Shown here: in pieces, positions 37,923 to 50,400 of the stretch
Layout: each line of letters starts with the position of its first letter
Numbering within the stretch: the first letter of the stretch is position 1
Virus record (IMG/VR): IMGVR_UViG_3300021197_000485
Span: 259 to 64,258 of that record
DNA from: a virus
Lineage: Duplodnaviria > Caudoviricetes
Direction: 5' to 3' (one strand)
Length of the DNA: 64,000 nt
Notes under the pieces: generated by a model
The model's database searches: none
Told to the model about the DNA's origin: nothing
What the model saw: only the letters and a program-made list of their open reading frames with translations
Program-made: the position numbers and the translations under genes

Positions 37923-38741
37923 ATGCCAGCATTATGGATAGGACTAGCCAGCGGAGCTATGGGAATTTTTTCCGGTATGCAACAAGCTGAAGCTGGGGCT
38001 GAAAGCGCTGCATGGCAACAGTGGGAGCTCCAGCACGCAGCTGCTAATAGGAGAGCCGAGTGGGAGCATACTGAGTTTGTACGAGAAGGGAAAATTAGAG
38101 CCCAGAATCGAATGGTTGCTAAGGAAAATGCCTTAAAGTGGTTAAAGAATAGAAATGTAGCTGATGCGGCTAATAAGAATAGGGCTGAAGAAGAGTTCTT
38201 TATTAGGTATAATTATGATAGGGAGTTATCTAACATCTCTAATCAAGTACGTCAAACTAACTCCGCTATTCTTGAGAATTTTAACAAGCGTAATATTAAT
38301 ATGCGAAGTGCAACCTCCAAACGATTAGTAAATATGGCGTTAGAGAACGCTAATGATTTAATTATTGATGCTAGATATAACAAAGAACTTAAGATGGAGT
38401 CTGCTGCCAGAAAACAAGCAGCAGCTTTAGCTAGTCGAGACTTTGGGTATAAAAACCACACTACATTTATTCCGGGGTTATACCTAGAGAATCCTATCAT
38501 GTCTCCAGAACAAGCTTATGACTCTACTTACTCCACGGGAATGACTTCAGCTCTTATGGGCGGGGTTTCTTCTGGACTTCAGGGCGCGTTACTCGGTGCT
38601 CAAATTGGTTCTATGAATGCAGGGGCTGGAGAAATAGCCGGGCAAATTGAAGGAGATCCTTGGGGATTAAATGCAATAGCTTCGGAATCTACATGGGCAG
38701 CTAATGTAAATACAGCAATGGGGGCAACCTATGGACAGTAA
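37923..38741 (+). CDS. internal virion protein (gp14-like)
   Basis: Hydrophobic G/A-rich ends around a coiled-coil core. Confidence 0.65.
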   Translation: MPALWIGLASGAMGIFSGMQQAEAGAESAAWQQWELQHAAANRRAEWEHTEFVREGKIRAQNRMVAKENALKWLKNRNVADAANKNRAEEEFFIRYNYDRELSNISNQVRQTNSAILENFNKRNINMRSATSKRLVNMALENANDLIIDARYNKELKMESAARKQAAALASRDFGYKNHTTFIPGLYLENPIMSPEQAYDSTYSTGMTSALMGGVSSGLQGALLGAQIGSMNAGAGEIAGQIEGDPWGLNAIASESTWAANVNTAMGATYGQ

Positions 38742-39759
38742 TAGTATTGAAGTATTAAAAAACCTTGCTGGTGTACAAGAAGAATTGCCAACTATGGATG
38801 AACGGGATGTTATAGGTGACTTAGAGATTTTACGATTAGATGATTGGGACAAGAATACCTCATCTAACTTAAAGCCAGATAGACGATTAGCGGTATTTCA
38901 AAATGAGATTGAGTCTAACTTTCGTCACACCCCTAAGTCTACTCCTCGTTTTTGGGAGATGAAAGAAAAGCTTTATGCAAATGCTGGAATGAATGGTAAA
39001 GAAACAATTACAAAAACCATTCAACGAAAGTTGGATATGCTTCCAACAATTGATGAGAAGTTAAACTACGCGGCTGATAACGCAAGAACTTGGCCGACTT
39101 ATGTCAGTCAACAGCAGCTCTTACCTACATTAATTAAACAGCAAGAAAAGAAGTCTAAGCTTTTGTTTGACTCTCGTTTAAACTCTACCCTTAGTTTTCA
39201 AAACATGATTAATAAATTATCGGAAGATCAGGTTTATTTAGATCCTGAAATTTCATTAGAGAGTCATGGCGAAGATTTAGTAGAAACATTTCTTTATGGG
39301 TATGATGCGTCTGTTAGTTCTAATGGTAGGTTTCAAATTCCACTAGAAGGAGCTAACACAGATGTCTGGGCATTGCCTCCGTCTGACTCTTCTGTCATGG
39401 AAAGGTTAATAGCAGTTAGTGATCTTCAACCACTTACTCACAAATTAAAACCCCTTCTTCAAGCAAGTCGAGACAAGGCTCAAGAAGAAGCAAACCTAGT
39501 TAGTTTATCTAAGTTTAACCGATTAACAGAACTCCCAAAAGAATTTCAAATTCCCACCTTGGTTGATGGAGCGTTACTTTCAGACGATCCTGAATTTTCC
39601 ACACAAGAAGCTGTTGGTAGAATTATGAAAAAGAATATCAATGCCGGAAAGTATAATTCACCTCAGGCTTATGCTAGAGATTACTTTAAAATCATGACCG
39701 AGATTACAGGGTATGTTGAATCAAAGGGAAACACTCAAGAAGGAGACTATCGTGGCTGA
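38731..39759 (+). CDS. putative internal virion protein
   Basis: 342-aa ORF in the ejection-protein cluster. Confidence 0.55.
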   Translation: MDSNSIEVLKNLAGVQEELPTMDERDVIGDLEILRLDDWDKNTSSNLKPDRRLAVFQNEIESNFRHTPKSTPRFWEMKEKLYANAGMNGKETITKTIQRKLDMLPTIDEKLNYAADNARTWPTYVSQQQLLPTLIKQQEKKSKLLFDSRLNSTLSFQNMINKLSEDQVYLDPEISLESHGEDLVETFLYGYDASVSSNGRFQIPLEGANTDVWALPPSDSSVMERLIAVSDLQPLTHKLKPLLQASRDKAQEEANLVSLSKFNRLTELPKEFQIPTLVDGALLSDDPEFSTQEAVGRIMKKNINAGKYNSPQAYARDYFKIMTEITGYVESKGNTQEGDYRG

Positions 39760-40114
39760 TGGAATGATAACTGGACCCGTTGGAAATACACCGGAGGGAT
39801 TGCCGGGATATGCGTATGGTGGAGGAGCAGACTATGGTCAAATGCGTATTGTAAATTTCAATACAAGAGCTATCCAAAACTACTACAAGGGTCTTAGTTC
39901 TTTTTGGGGAAATACAAACAAGAGTTTTAATAGCATGTTAGGTACATATCACGCATGGGAAAAATGGAAGTTTGGGGAGGAGCAGGAAATTTTAAAGTAC
40001 ACAATGAATTTAATGAATTCTAACCCAGTGCTTGCAAATGAGATGCTTACAAAAACAGAACGGGACAATATAAAAAACCTCTTTGCTAATAGAATGAAAG
40101 GGCTTGGGATATGA
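39752..40114 (+). CDS. putative virion protein
   Basis: AAGGAG SD before GTG 39752. Confidence 0.55.
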   Translation: MADGMITGPVGNTPEGLPGYAYGGGADYGQMRIVNFNTRAIQNYYKGLSSFWGNTNKSFNSMLGTYHAWEKWKFGEEQEILKYTMNLMNSNPVLANEMLTKTERDNIKNLFANRMKGLGI

Positions 40115-43100
40115 CTATTAGAATGGATTCTTCAGACTACTTTAAAAACCTAATAGATTCATTAGGAAATCCATACTCTCAATCATCTGAAAATATGGAT
40201 CATCCCTTGAGTCCGCCTCAATCAGAAATGTTTACAAGATCTCCAGAGATTAGATCTGATGCTATTGTTAGTATCTCTAATAAGGTAAATACTCCTTTAC
40301 TTTCGCAGTATATGGACTTAGCAAACAAGGGAGACGTTGCTAGACCTGCACCATTTGATTGGGGCTCGGGAACTCCAGAATATGTTTCTGAGGTTTTAGC
40401 AGAGTCTATGCCTTCAAACAGTCTTCCGTATTTTAATGAGGGTGCTAAGGCTCAACGAAGGTCAACGGTTAATGTAGATGGGACAATGCTATCTCCAGAT
40501 GGTGCAGCATTACCTGATATACCTATTAATCAAATGAAAAACATTGATGAACTACAGGCAGACCCAGTTTTTAATTGGACCAACAGAGCCACAGATCCTA
40601 CTCCTGACTATTTACTTAACGAAGAAGAACTTAAAGCTGTAGATATTATTCAACAGTTAGCTTCTCATTCTAGATCAAAGGAATTAAGAACATTTTGGGA
40701 TGAGTTAGAGTTAGAACGACTAGATCAACTTTCTTCCTTTCCCGAAGCTGGTGAATCTAGTATGATTACTCAAGCTAGAAGAGATCCTGCTATGTTCGGT
40801 TTAGAAATGAAAAAGAAAATTAAATCGTTTACCTACCGTATTCTAGCAAGTATGGATTATCAACAACCACAGTGGTTTAATACAAATTTATTAGACCCCG
40901 GAGCAGTTGAGCAAGGGTCTATGAATGTGTATAGAGATACACCTAGTTTTAATGCACTTATTACCTTAACGGGTTTTAATCTTTCGTATGAAGATTCTAA
41001 AGACCCTAAGTTAGTTATGGAAGCAGTAGATGATTTTGTTGAGGATGTTTTTCAAGAAACAGGGCATAGGCAAAACATTATAAGAGGCTTAGCTTTAGGT
41101 CGACCTATTCATGACATGGAAGGAAACTATGACTTTATGTCTTTAGTTCCTGAGAATCCTCTAAAGGAATTAAAGGTGTATGATCCAGAAACTAAAACAT
41201 TTAATTTAATGGAAGTTTCTGAGGCTTTAGCTGATCCAAAGTTCCAAGCAAGAGTTGAACAATATCAGCAGGATATAAAGGAAAGAGATAGAATTCATAC
41301 ACATCTATCAAGGCGTCATGAGTTTGGACCACCACGTTATGATGTAACAGAAACATGGGGACAATCTCTTCAACGGGTTTTAAAACGTCGTTACGAGAAG
41401 AGTGGCATTGGTGCTCAAGCAAATGTTCCTTGGGGAGGAGAAACTCAAGTATTAACTAGATTAGCAACTGGCGAAGAGCATAGTAAGAGTTTAGATCGTA
41501 GAGGAGAGGCGATAAATTATTCTAAGGCTGCTGAATTTATAGGTGAATCTAGGGGACCCGAGCGAAACCCAATACCACGTTTTCCTGATATTATAAGAGA
41601 CTATCCTAATACCTTTATGGAAGATGGTTTAATAGATTATTCATATGCTCCAATGAGTGCAGCTTATCAACCACCCATTATGGATAAGTGGGGATGGTGG
41701 ATACAACCTCCTAGTGATAGAGCCAATGCCGCCGCCTTAGCTTTAATGTTTCCAATTCGTGAGAAGTTAGAGCATAAAGTAAAAAGAGAAGAATTAAGAA
41801 TGAACGATTTAACAACTTATTTAGCAAGAGATATTAATGCTGAAATAGCAGAAACCCCAAACATTAGTAATGCTGAAATGATTCAACTTCACACAGAAAA
41901 AGCTTCGCATATAGATTTTGTAATATCTGATTACATTAAGAAGGCAGAAGAAGGTGCCGATGTTTTTTATGTAGCCAAACCTTTTATTGATGCGGGGATA
42001 CTTGATAACTCTGTTACAAAAGAAAACTACATCCCAGCTTTAAAAGCATTCCAAGAAAAACTTAAGCAGGTAATTGAAGAAAATTCTGTGATTTACAGCG
42101 AGCTTACTAGCCCTCTTAAGACTTACGATGGATTGATGTTAGCGGCTATGAATGAAGGATTAGGAACATCTTTTGTAACTCCTAATCAAGTTAATGAATT
42201 AGTATTTGCCGCAGTATTGGATAAGGATAAGTTCAGTCGAGGCGAACGTTTAAATATTTTACGCACTTGGAACATGGCTCATACAACATTTGTTAAACAA
42301 CTGGAAGACCAGAATGCAGATGTGGGGCTTTCAATGGTAAGCCCTGAATCGTGGAACAATGGTTTATCTCTAACTAAAAGCGGAGCTATTTGGGGTGCGG
42401 GAGGAATATCTTCTAATGAGTCATTTAGAAAAAAGTATTATGAAAATGATCAACAAGCAATCCTGTTACATAACATATATCAAAAGACATTTACTGATAA
42501 CTACCTAGCCGAACATAGAGCTCTTTTACCTAATGTAGATGATAAGGATATAGCTATACCGCAGTTAGATTTCACAAAACCAATTGACTACAGTACTCTC
42601 AGTCCTGTAGCCTTACAGTCTACTACGTCTACTTGGGTTAGAATGCTTATAGAAAATCCAATGGTAGAGGGAGTTCCAAACGAAATTGTAAACTGGACTA
42701 ACTATGTAGATACGGGTCTTGCTTTTGGAAATGATCCTAGCTCATTTCAAGGTGAGGGGGGTGATGCAAGGCGAGATCATTTTAATAAAGCAGTATTAAT
42801 GGTAACATACTTTGCTAATAATTTAAGAGAAAATACAAACGTTCGTACAATTGCTTCTGATTTTGGGTTTACTAAACAAGAATTAATTGCCGCTGATTTA
42901 GTTCACACACTTGCAAGGGCTAACGATCCAAGGCTTAATGTTAATGAAATAGACATAACTTTAGATTTTGGTAGAACCACAGATAAAGTTACTTCTATTC
43001 AAGACCAAACTCGACAGCTTTATAAAGTACTTGCTCGTGTTTATGCTGGGGATCCAACATATGATAGAGAGATCGGGAATTATTTTGATGGTGTTCCAAC

Positions 43101-44427
43101 AGCACTAACTAATATTCCATGGGGTTGGCAAGATAATATTGATCAGATATTAGAGGTCGACACAGATGGAGATAGTGTCTATAGTAGTTTGGCAGGAAAA
43201 TTTAGAGATGTTAATATTCGAATGTATGATGATGAAGAATCGGCTAAACAAGGGATTGCACATTTAGTAGGAACTTCCCCGGCTAAATTAACAAATGAAT
43301 CATCTCCACTGTGGTATTTTATTGACAAGGAAAAATGGGATGACGAATTCAGTGATAGCGTAGATGGAATGAACTTAGCAGCCATGTCTATTATAAAGTT
43401 ATATGGTTTAGACTCTCGTTTAAGAGAACGAATGGGAATGGCTTTATATGCTTCCGCAACAGAAATGCAAACACAAACTATGCATGGTCTTGTAGGAATA
43501 GCTAAGGCTACTACTATTGAAACCGAAGATGTTCAAATTGTAGGAGTTGATCAGGATACAAACCAACCCTTAGTTACAAGTCGTCAACTTCCGTTACCTG
43601 TAGTAAAAAGAGGTATGGATAATGTCCATGCTGGTATGAGTACTCCAGAAGCAATTGGATATGAATGGAATGCAGACACCCCTGAAAATGGTATGTTAGG
43701 ATGGATAACGTTATTAGATCCAAACGAAAAAAGTGGTAGTTGGTTTATGAAGGGCTTAAGAGAAAACTTTAGTTCTGATATGGCTGAGTATCAAGGAGTT
43801 ATTAGTGAAATGCCGGGAGAAACTTATGACGAACGTAAGTTAAATTTCGAAGCTCTTAGAGAGAGAGCTATTAGAGAAATGTACATGAGCTATTGTTCTC
43901 CAGAAGTTATGAAAGCATATCATAATATACCAGACTCTACTACTAAGACAGGATCACATGTTCCTTATAAAACCGATATTCATTTAGATGTTTTACGAAG
44001 AATGATGTTAGATGATGCATGGCCCTCTAGGCCATATGGAGAGGGTAGTCCCAATAAACATTTCCAAAAGGGGCTGTATGTAGATAACGACGGTAGCCAA
44101 GGAACGTTTGGTGGGGAGCTTGTTGACGGAACAACAGATACATGGATATATCGAAAAAACGTAAAGATTCAACCCTTAACCGGTACAGAAATTATGGCTC
44201 AAAGCGGCGCAGGAGAAGCTGGCATGGGGCATGTTAAAGTAATTAACACTGCAACTCTTGAGCAAGGCGCAGACGTTTTTGATATGCCTGTTGAAATTAC
44301 TGTACCATGGATTTTATTTGGTGAGCAAAGCACAGAAGAATTTAAAAGTGAAGTTGAAAAACAAAAAACTAAGGAAAAACTTAATACTACCGTTATGGGT
44401 TCTGAATCATTTTATATGTATCAATAA
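40111..44427 (+). CDS. large putative internal virion protein (gp15 position)
   Basis: 1438 aa, no recognisable catalytic motif; function inferred from position. Confidence 0.55.
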   Translation: MTIRMDSSDYFKNLIDSLGNPYSQSSENMDHPLSPPQSEMFTRSPEIRSDAIVSISNKVNTPLLSQYMDLANKGDVARPAPFDWGSGTPEYVSEVLAESMPSNSLPYFNEGAKAQRRSTVNVDGTMLSPDGAALPDIPINQMKNIDELQADPVFNWTNRATDPTPDYLLNEEELKAVDIIQQLASHSRSKELRTFWDELELERLDQLSSFPEAGESSMITQARRDPAMFGLEMKKKIKSFTYRILASMDYQQPQWFNTNLLDPGAVEQGSMNVYRDTPSFNALITLTGFNLSYEDSKDPKLVMEAVDDFVEDVFQETGHRQNIIRGLALGRPIHDMEGNYDFMSLVPENPLKELKVYDPETKTFNLMEVSEALADPKFQARVEQYQQDIKERDRIHTHLSRRHEFGPPRYDVTETWGQSLQRVLKRRYEKSGIGAQANVPWGGETQVLTRLATGEEHSKSLDRRGEAINYSKAAEFIGESRGPERNPIPRFPDIIRDYPNTFMEDGLIDYSYAPMSAAYQPPIMDKWGWWIQPPSDRANAAALALMFPIREKLEHKVKREELRMNDLTTYLARDINAEIAETPNISNAEMIQLHTEKASHIDFVISDYIKKAEEGADVFYVAKPFIDAGILDNSVTKENYIPALKAFQEKLKQVIEENSVIYSELTSPLKTYDGLMLAAMNEGLGTSFVTPNQVNELVFAAVLDKDKFSRGERLNILRTWNMAHTTFVKQLEDQNADVGLSMVSPESWNNGLSLTKSGAIWGAGGISSNESFRKKYYENDQQAILLHNIYQKTFTDNYLAEHRALLPNVDDKDIAIPQLDFTKPIDYSTLSPVALQSTTSTWVRMLIENPMVEGVPNEIVNWTNYVDTGLAFGNDPSSFQGEGGDARRDHFNKAVLMVTYFANNLRENTNVRTIASDFGFTKQELIAADLVHTLARANDPRLNVNEIDITLDFGRTTDKVTSIQDQTRQLYKVLARVYAGDPTYDREIGNYFDGVPTALTNIPWGWQDNIDQILEVDTDGDSVYSSLAGKFRDVNIRMYDDEESAKQGIAHLVGTSPAKLTNESSPLWYFIDKEKWDDEFSDSVDGMNLAAMSIIKLYGLDSRLRERMGMALYASATEMQTQTMHGLVGIAKATTIETEDVQIVGVDQDTNQPLVTSRQLPLPVVKRGMDNVHAGMSTPEAIGYEWNADTPENGMLGWITLLDPNEKSGSWFMKGLRENFSSDMAEYQGVISEMPGETYDERKLNFEALRERAIREMYMSYCSPEVMKAYHNIPDSTTKTGSHVPYKTDIHLDVLRRMMLDDAWPSRPYGEGSPNKHFQKGLYVDNDGSQGTFGGELVDGTTDTWIYRKNVKIQPLTGTEIMAQSGAGEAGMGHVKVINTATLEQGADVFDMPVEITVPWILFGEQSTEEFKSEVEKQKTKEKLNTTVMGSESFYMYQ

Positions 44428-44471
44428 TAAATTTATTATAAGTTTAAACACATAAACTAAGGAGATGCTTA

Positions 44472-47400
44472 ATGCCTGACCGCACATGGCACACAAACCC
44501 AGTACCACTACGTAGCTCACCCGCTATGTATTTAAATATGTCTAATAAGGAAGTCGCTGCCGGTAAAGAATTAATTGAGAGTACACCTTGGTATACTCCA
44601 CAGTTTCAAGATACTTGGCAAGCAGGTGCAGTAGAAACTATTAATGTTGCTTCGCAAATGGTTCCTAATAGTGCAGATATGTCAAATTCTATCGAGGCAA
44701 TGGGTGAAGCTTTGCATTCTGATAATGCATGGGAGTATTTAAACCGAGATCAAATGAACGAAGCTACTATGTTTGTAGATCCGTATGCACCGGGAGAATG
44801 GGTCAGGGGACTCTACAGTGCGTGGGATGCTACAGCAGAACAGATGCAACAAGACTACCATAGGGGGTACTTAAGTCGTAACATGCCTCATGAGGTATGG
44901 GCTGGCAAGGCTATGGTAGGCGGTCGAGATTTAGAAGCAATGAAAGGAACGATATTAGACTTTGATGACGATGCGGAAAATTTCCTTAAGGATCGAATGA
45001 CTTCGTCTAAATGGAATACTAAATTTTGGGAAGATGGTAGACTACCTATATATAACTTACTGCTAGAGACTCCAGAAGATCTCTTAACTATTGAACCTCC
45101 AGAGGGCTGGGATGCAATAGATGCAATGAAGTTCTTTAAGGAAAAGGATCCAGATGCATTTAAGCGATATAGCTTAGCTTTAGGCGGAGAGCAGGCTCTT
45201 ATTGATATTACCAAGGATAGTAGGAATCAGTATGAGTTCTTTTATAGATTAGGTGAAAGCCTTACCTTGAGTACTGTTGGAAAGAGTTTAGCTGTAGCTC
45301 AAAGAAACTGGTCCTCAATGGATCACATAGGACATTTTGTTGGAACATTAGGTGTTCACGGTATTTTAAACGATCCCGATATGATGGCAAGTATGGCTCT
45401 TTCTATAGCCTTAGCTATTCCTACGGGTACGGGTAGTTTAGCAATGGGGGCAATAGCTTTGGGTGCGAAGGCAGCTACCATAGCTAATAGAGGAGTGCGT
45501 CTTGCTAAGTATGCAAACCCGGTTATTATGGGATTAGGTAAAAGTGTAAACTTTACAAGAAAGCTCCAACACTGGCTTCCAGAAAATATAGGTCCCCATT
45601 TAATGAAGAACATTCTCTTTAACGGTAAGAGATTTACAGCATATAAAAACCTTAGTGGAATGAAGAAGGTAGGTGTTGTAACTATGGGTAATGTTATCGA
45701 GGGTGCGGTAACAGGATCTTTAGCGGAAGTAGCTAACCAGTACCAAAAAACAAGTCGAGGTGTGACTGATGAATGGAACTGGGGTGTTGTTGGAATGGGA
45801 ACACTTCATGAAATGGGATTAAGTATAGTCGTTAACCCTATTATGGGGAGAGCATTTAGAGGTCTGGGGTGGGCCGCTTCATTGGGAGGTACAGCTGCTG
45901 TACGAAGCATGAGACCTTTAGGTCTTGGCAAGTATGTAGATGGGTTGTTAGAGGGAGTAAAGAGTTCTTTAGATCCAAATGCTACAGCAAGAAATGTAGC
46001 TGTAGTCCAAAGCATGATGACACTACGCGAAGGTTTATCAGGGTTAGGGTTAGAAGAAGTTTCTAGTCAGGTTGGAACTATCATGAATGTGCTTGCTGCT
46101 AATACTGACTTAGATGAAGTAGGTATAGCTAAGGTTCTTGGGGATTCTGTAACTCCCTTTATTAATTCTACAGGAGCACACACAAACCCAGAATTGACAT
46201 TTATTGAAGCCATCGTTAAAAACGAAGCTTTTGCAAATGTAGACAATGCATTTAAGGCTTCCCTTGAAGGTAAGATAAAGTTAGCTGCACACATTAAAAC
46301 GCAAGCCGAAAACAGAAATCAAACTATAGATGAGTTTTTAGCTGACAATGAAAACAAACCAGAAGTGTTGTTGGGTATTGATCTCCTACCAGAGTTTAAT
46401 GCTTTAAGAGAACAAGCAGGTGGAACTCCCAAATGGAACGCTATGAATAGAGATGAGAAGATGGTAGAGATTGGCAAGTTTCTTTTTGAGGCGGCTGAAA
46501 GAGAAAACGAGATTACCCAAACTATTACTAAGGAAGTAAAAGAAGGTGCAGAGGACGCTGGAGTTCCTACTAATACTTTCGGAGGAGCGACTCCCGGCGA
46601 AGTTATTGCTCTGGGAAAGAACGCCGCAGAAAAAAAACTAGCCGACGAACGCAAAAAAGCTAAGGCTGCCCAAGATCAAAACAAAACAAAACCAAAGACA
46701 GACAAGGCACGAAAAGCACGGGCAAAGAGAACTAATGATATTAATAAGAACATAGAAAAGTTAGAAAACTTTTTAGGTTCTCTTGAGGAAATGGAAAACT
46801 TAAACAAATCGGGTGCATTGCCTACGCACTTAGTAGAGCAGCTGAATAGTTTAATAAAACAGGAAGCACGAGTTAGAAGAAAATTAGATGAAATTTTCAC
46901 TCATAAAGACTTTATTAGAAGAGAAGGCTGGAAGACACTGGCTGGTGTATTTGAAGATGTCTTTAAACTTACTGGAATAACCGAAGAAAAAATACCACTA
47001 AGCCAGTTAGCAACTCCAGAATCAATTGCTGCTCTTGATTCAATAATTGAAAACTTTAGAGATAAACCACAAGATTTTATATCGTTTAGAAACAAGTTAG
47101 AAAAGTTTGAGGCTGGTAATTTAGATGTTAATGCTTTACAGGAAAGATTAGACAAAGTAAACTCAGAATTAGGAATAGAAGAAAATAAACAAGACGCATT
47201 ACAAGAAGTGTTCGACCAGCAAAAAGACATTATGGCAATGTTAGAATCGCCTGCTATGAAAGCAATAATGATTGAGAATCAAGCTGAAGCACAGGGAATG
47301 ATTGTAGGTCGAGATGCTATGGATGAAAATCGTAGGATCATTGCAAGCACAGATGCGGCAGATCTTCATCCAACATTTGAAGAGTGGAAAAGCAGTGTAA

Positions 47401-50400
47401 AGAAAAGATACGACCCAGATAATAACCTTACAATGGAAGAGGTTTTGAAAGAAGCCGAGATTCAAACTGAAGAAGAATGGGCGGCACACACAGAACAGCA
47501 GATTGAAGAATTTATAGAAGGACCAGTACGGCATATAGTTAGAAGAGGTTTAGAGCAGGGGTGGAGACCTGTTGCTAGTAATGCATTTAATGCAGGGAAA
47601 AAGGGTGTTTGGTTTAAGGTGGACGATCTCGATATATTCGAACCCTTGATGGTTAATGTAGATGGAATTTTCTTCGATGCTAATTTTAATATAGACGAGA
47701 TAGCAATGATGCGTACACTTCCTTCGCTGCAAACTGCCCCAAACAAAAGACGAAAAATTAATAAAATTATACTAAAGGAAAAGTTAATAGTTGGAACAAT
47801 TGAAACTCCTGATTCTCTAGTATCGTTGGGAAAAGCAAATACTGCCGAAGGAACGATTGAACTGAATGAAGACCGGCTGCTTGTATCAGAAGAGCTAGTG
47901 GGAAAGACTAAGGCTCGGGAAATGGAAGCACTTGCGAACACTTTTGGGCATGAAGTAGGTCACTTTCAATTTAATAAATTAAGTAAAAAACAATTAAGTG
48001 AATTTAAAAAATTAACCGCAGGTTGGTTTAGTCCGTCTGCACAAAACGAGTTAAATGCTGGAGTAATTAAAACAGAAGAACAAATAGACAATGAAAACTT
48101 TGCTGAGATATGGGCTGAGATTCTTGATAAACCAAAGTTTACTTCAATCTTTACAACTCATCCACTACCGGGGGGTGCGAAAAACGAAGCAGACATTAGA
48201 GCTTTTATAAAAAAAGAATTCCAAGACAAGGCAGAAGCGAATGGTCCTAATAGATTTAGGGACAGGCCCCCTACTCGTCGCGGTAGTGTACTTATTCCTA
48301 CCCCCGAAGATTTTACTGAATTAGGGAAAGTAATTGGAAAACTTAAGGATAGAATTGAAGTAATTAAGAAGCACATTAACGCACCTAAACATCCGGGCGG
48401 TACCGATAATGAAGATCTTAGGGAAGAATCTGTCAATAAGGCTGAGCTTGAATCGTTGGAATTTAGATTATTAGATTTGTATAGTTCCCGAGATGAGATA
48501 TGGAAGAAGAGCGGGCTAGCAGATGAGATAAAAGAAGAATCCGCAAAATTAGAGAAGGATAGGATTCAATACGAACTTGATCGCAATGAACACTTTAGAG
48601 GAACCCTTGCTGACCGTAACATGTGGTTTGCTCAGCTTGAGTCTGTACGTAACTTATTAACAACTAAGAAGAATCTTAAAGCAATGTTGTCTGTAAGAGA
48701 ACAAGCTTTTGAAGCTGTTGTACAAGAATCCATTGATAATCAAGTCCCACTTATAAAGGGAGATTTAGTTAACTTCTTACCGATGGATAGTCGGGTTGCA
48801 AAGAAATGGCAAGCAAGTATTGAAAAAAATGCAGAGTATGCGAATCAGCAAATGACTGTACAGGCAGCTAGAGATGTTAGTAAGAAGGCATTTGCAGCTG
48901 CAAGAAAAACTGTAAATAGACTTAATGTTGGGGATTTTGATACAAGTAATATGGTGTATCCCCCTACCCCAAGAATGTTTAATACTTCTCCTTTACTAAA
49001 TGAAACAGCAGATGAGGATTTATTATTAGTTCCTATTAATGAAGACTATTTGACAAGCCCAAGAATGGAAGATGTTGAAGCTATTCAGAATACTGAAGAG
49101 GAACTTAAGGCATTTATTTCATTAGCAAGGCAGTTAGAAAATGTAAGTGACTCAACTCATATAGATCAGTTTAGTACAATCCATGCCGCTAGGATTTATT
49201 CTGCTATGTTTGAAGGAACCAACGACTACTTCTTTAGGGTTGGGATGGCTCCTCATGTAGTATTTAGAGAGGCTATTAACTCGCCTGATATAGTATCGTC
49301 TCTCGAAAGCACCTTTAATACTCAGTTTGAGTCATTAACAGAAGCGCAATTACGCACTGAAGCTACAAACCTTCGATACAAGATTGATAAGGTTAAGAGA
49401 ATAGCAGAGGAGCGAGCAGATGCAATTCGAGCTAAGACTGAAGGATGGGTTAAGGAACCTTGGACTCAACACTTAGATCGCCTGTTAACGAACCTTACTA
49501 CAGAAGGTAAGAAAGAATCCCTGCATGATCATTACAGAGTATTGAATTTATTAGAAGCTATGGAGAGTCTTCAGAAAACAGCTATGGAAGATTTGTTCAG
49601 GGTTAATAAGGGATATGCACTTGAGCTTAATGATACTACAGGAAAACCTTCAAAGACTACAAGCGAGTTTTCAGTATTTAAAAGTGCTGTTATGAAATCT
49701 GCTTTGGATAGATATAACGATGCTAGGATGAAAGGTGAGTTTGATGCTCTAGGTATTGATAGGTTTCAAAAGAATTTAAACTTAACTGAAGATGATTTCC
49801 TATATCAAGAGCATGCAATAGGAAAGGTAGATGATTTTGATTATGCCGAAAGTATTGTTACGGAAGTAATAAATAATAGGTTAAGTTCTTTACGAGAAGA
49901 CTTTACTTTGCAATCTTTTGGGGACGGAACATTAGACTATAGAGATGCCAAGACTCTTGGGGAAGAGATTGTAGATCTTGTCTTTAGAGATAAACCTTAC
50001 CCCGGAAGAAACTCTTTAGAGTCTGTGGATGGCGGAGCTTTAGATAGTACTGAATTATATCGGGGAGAGCAGGAGTCCACAAGTACACGAAGACCTCACT
50101 GGGGTGAAGGAACAGCTTACGCTCCTATGCCGTTTTGGACTTTTGCTGGTATGGTTGGAGAATATAAATTTAGAAGTAGAGCATCTCATGTTTTAAATAC
50201 TCCTTTAACTGAAGAAGGACTTAAGGCAGCCGCAGAGTGGCGGAAGACTTTAAAGGAACATGCGAACCCCGATGTAGCTGGAGCGGGTTTACCTCTTACC
50301 GTAAGACCTAGAGCCGTAGGTGCAACCCTATCTTCGCAAGTTATGTCAAGACCGGTATTAAAAGATTTCTTACTTGAGCTCTTTTTAGATATGCCTAATA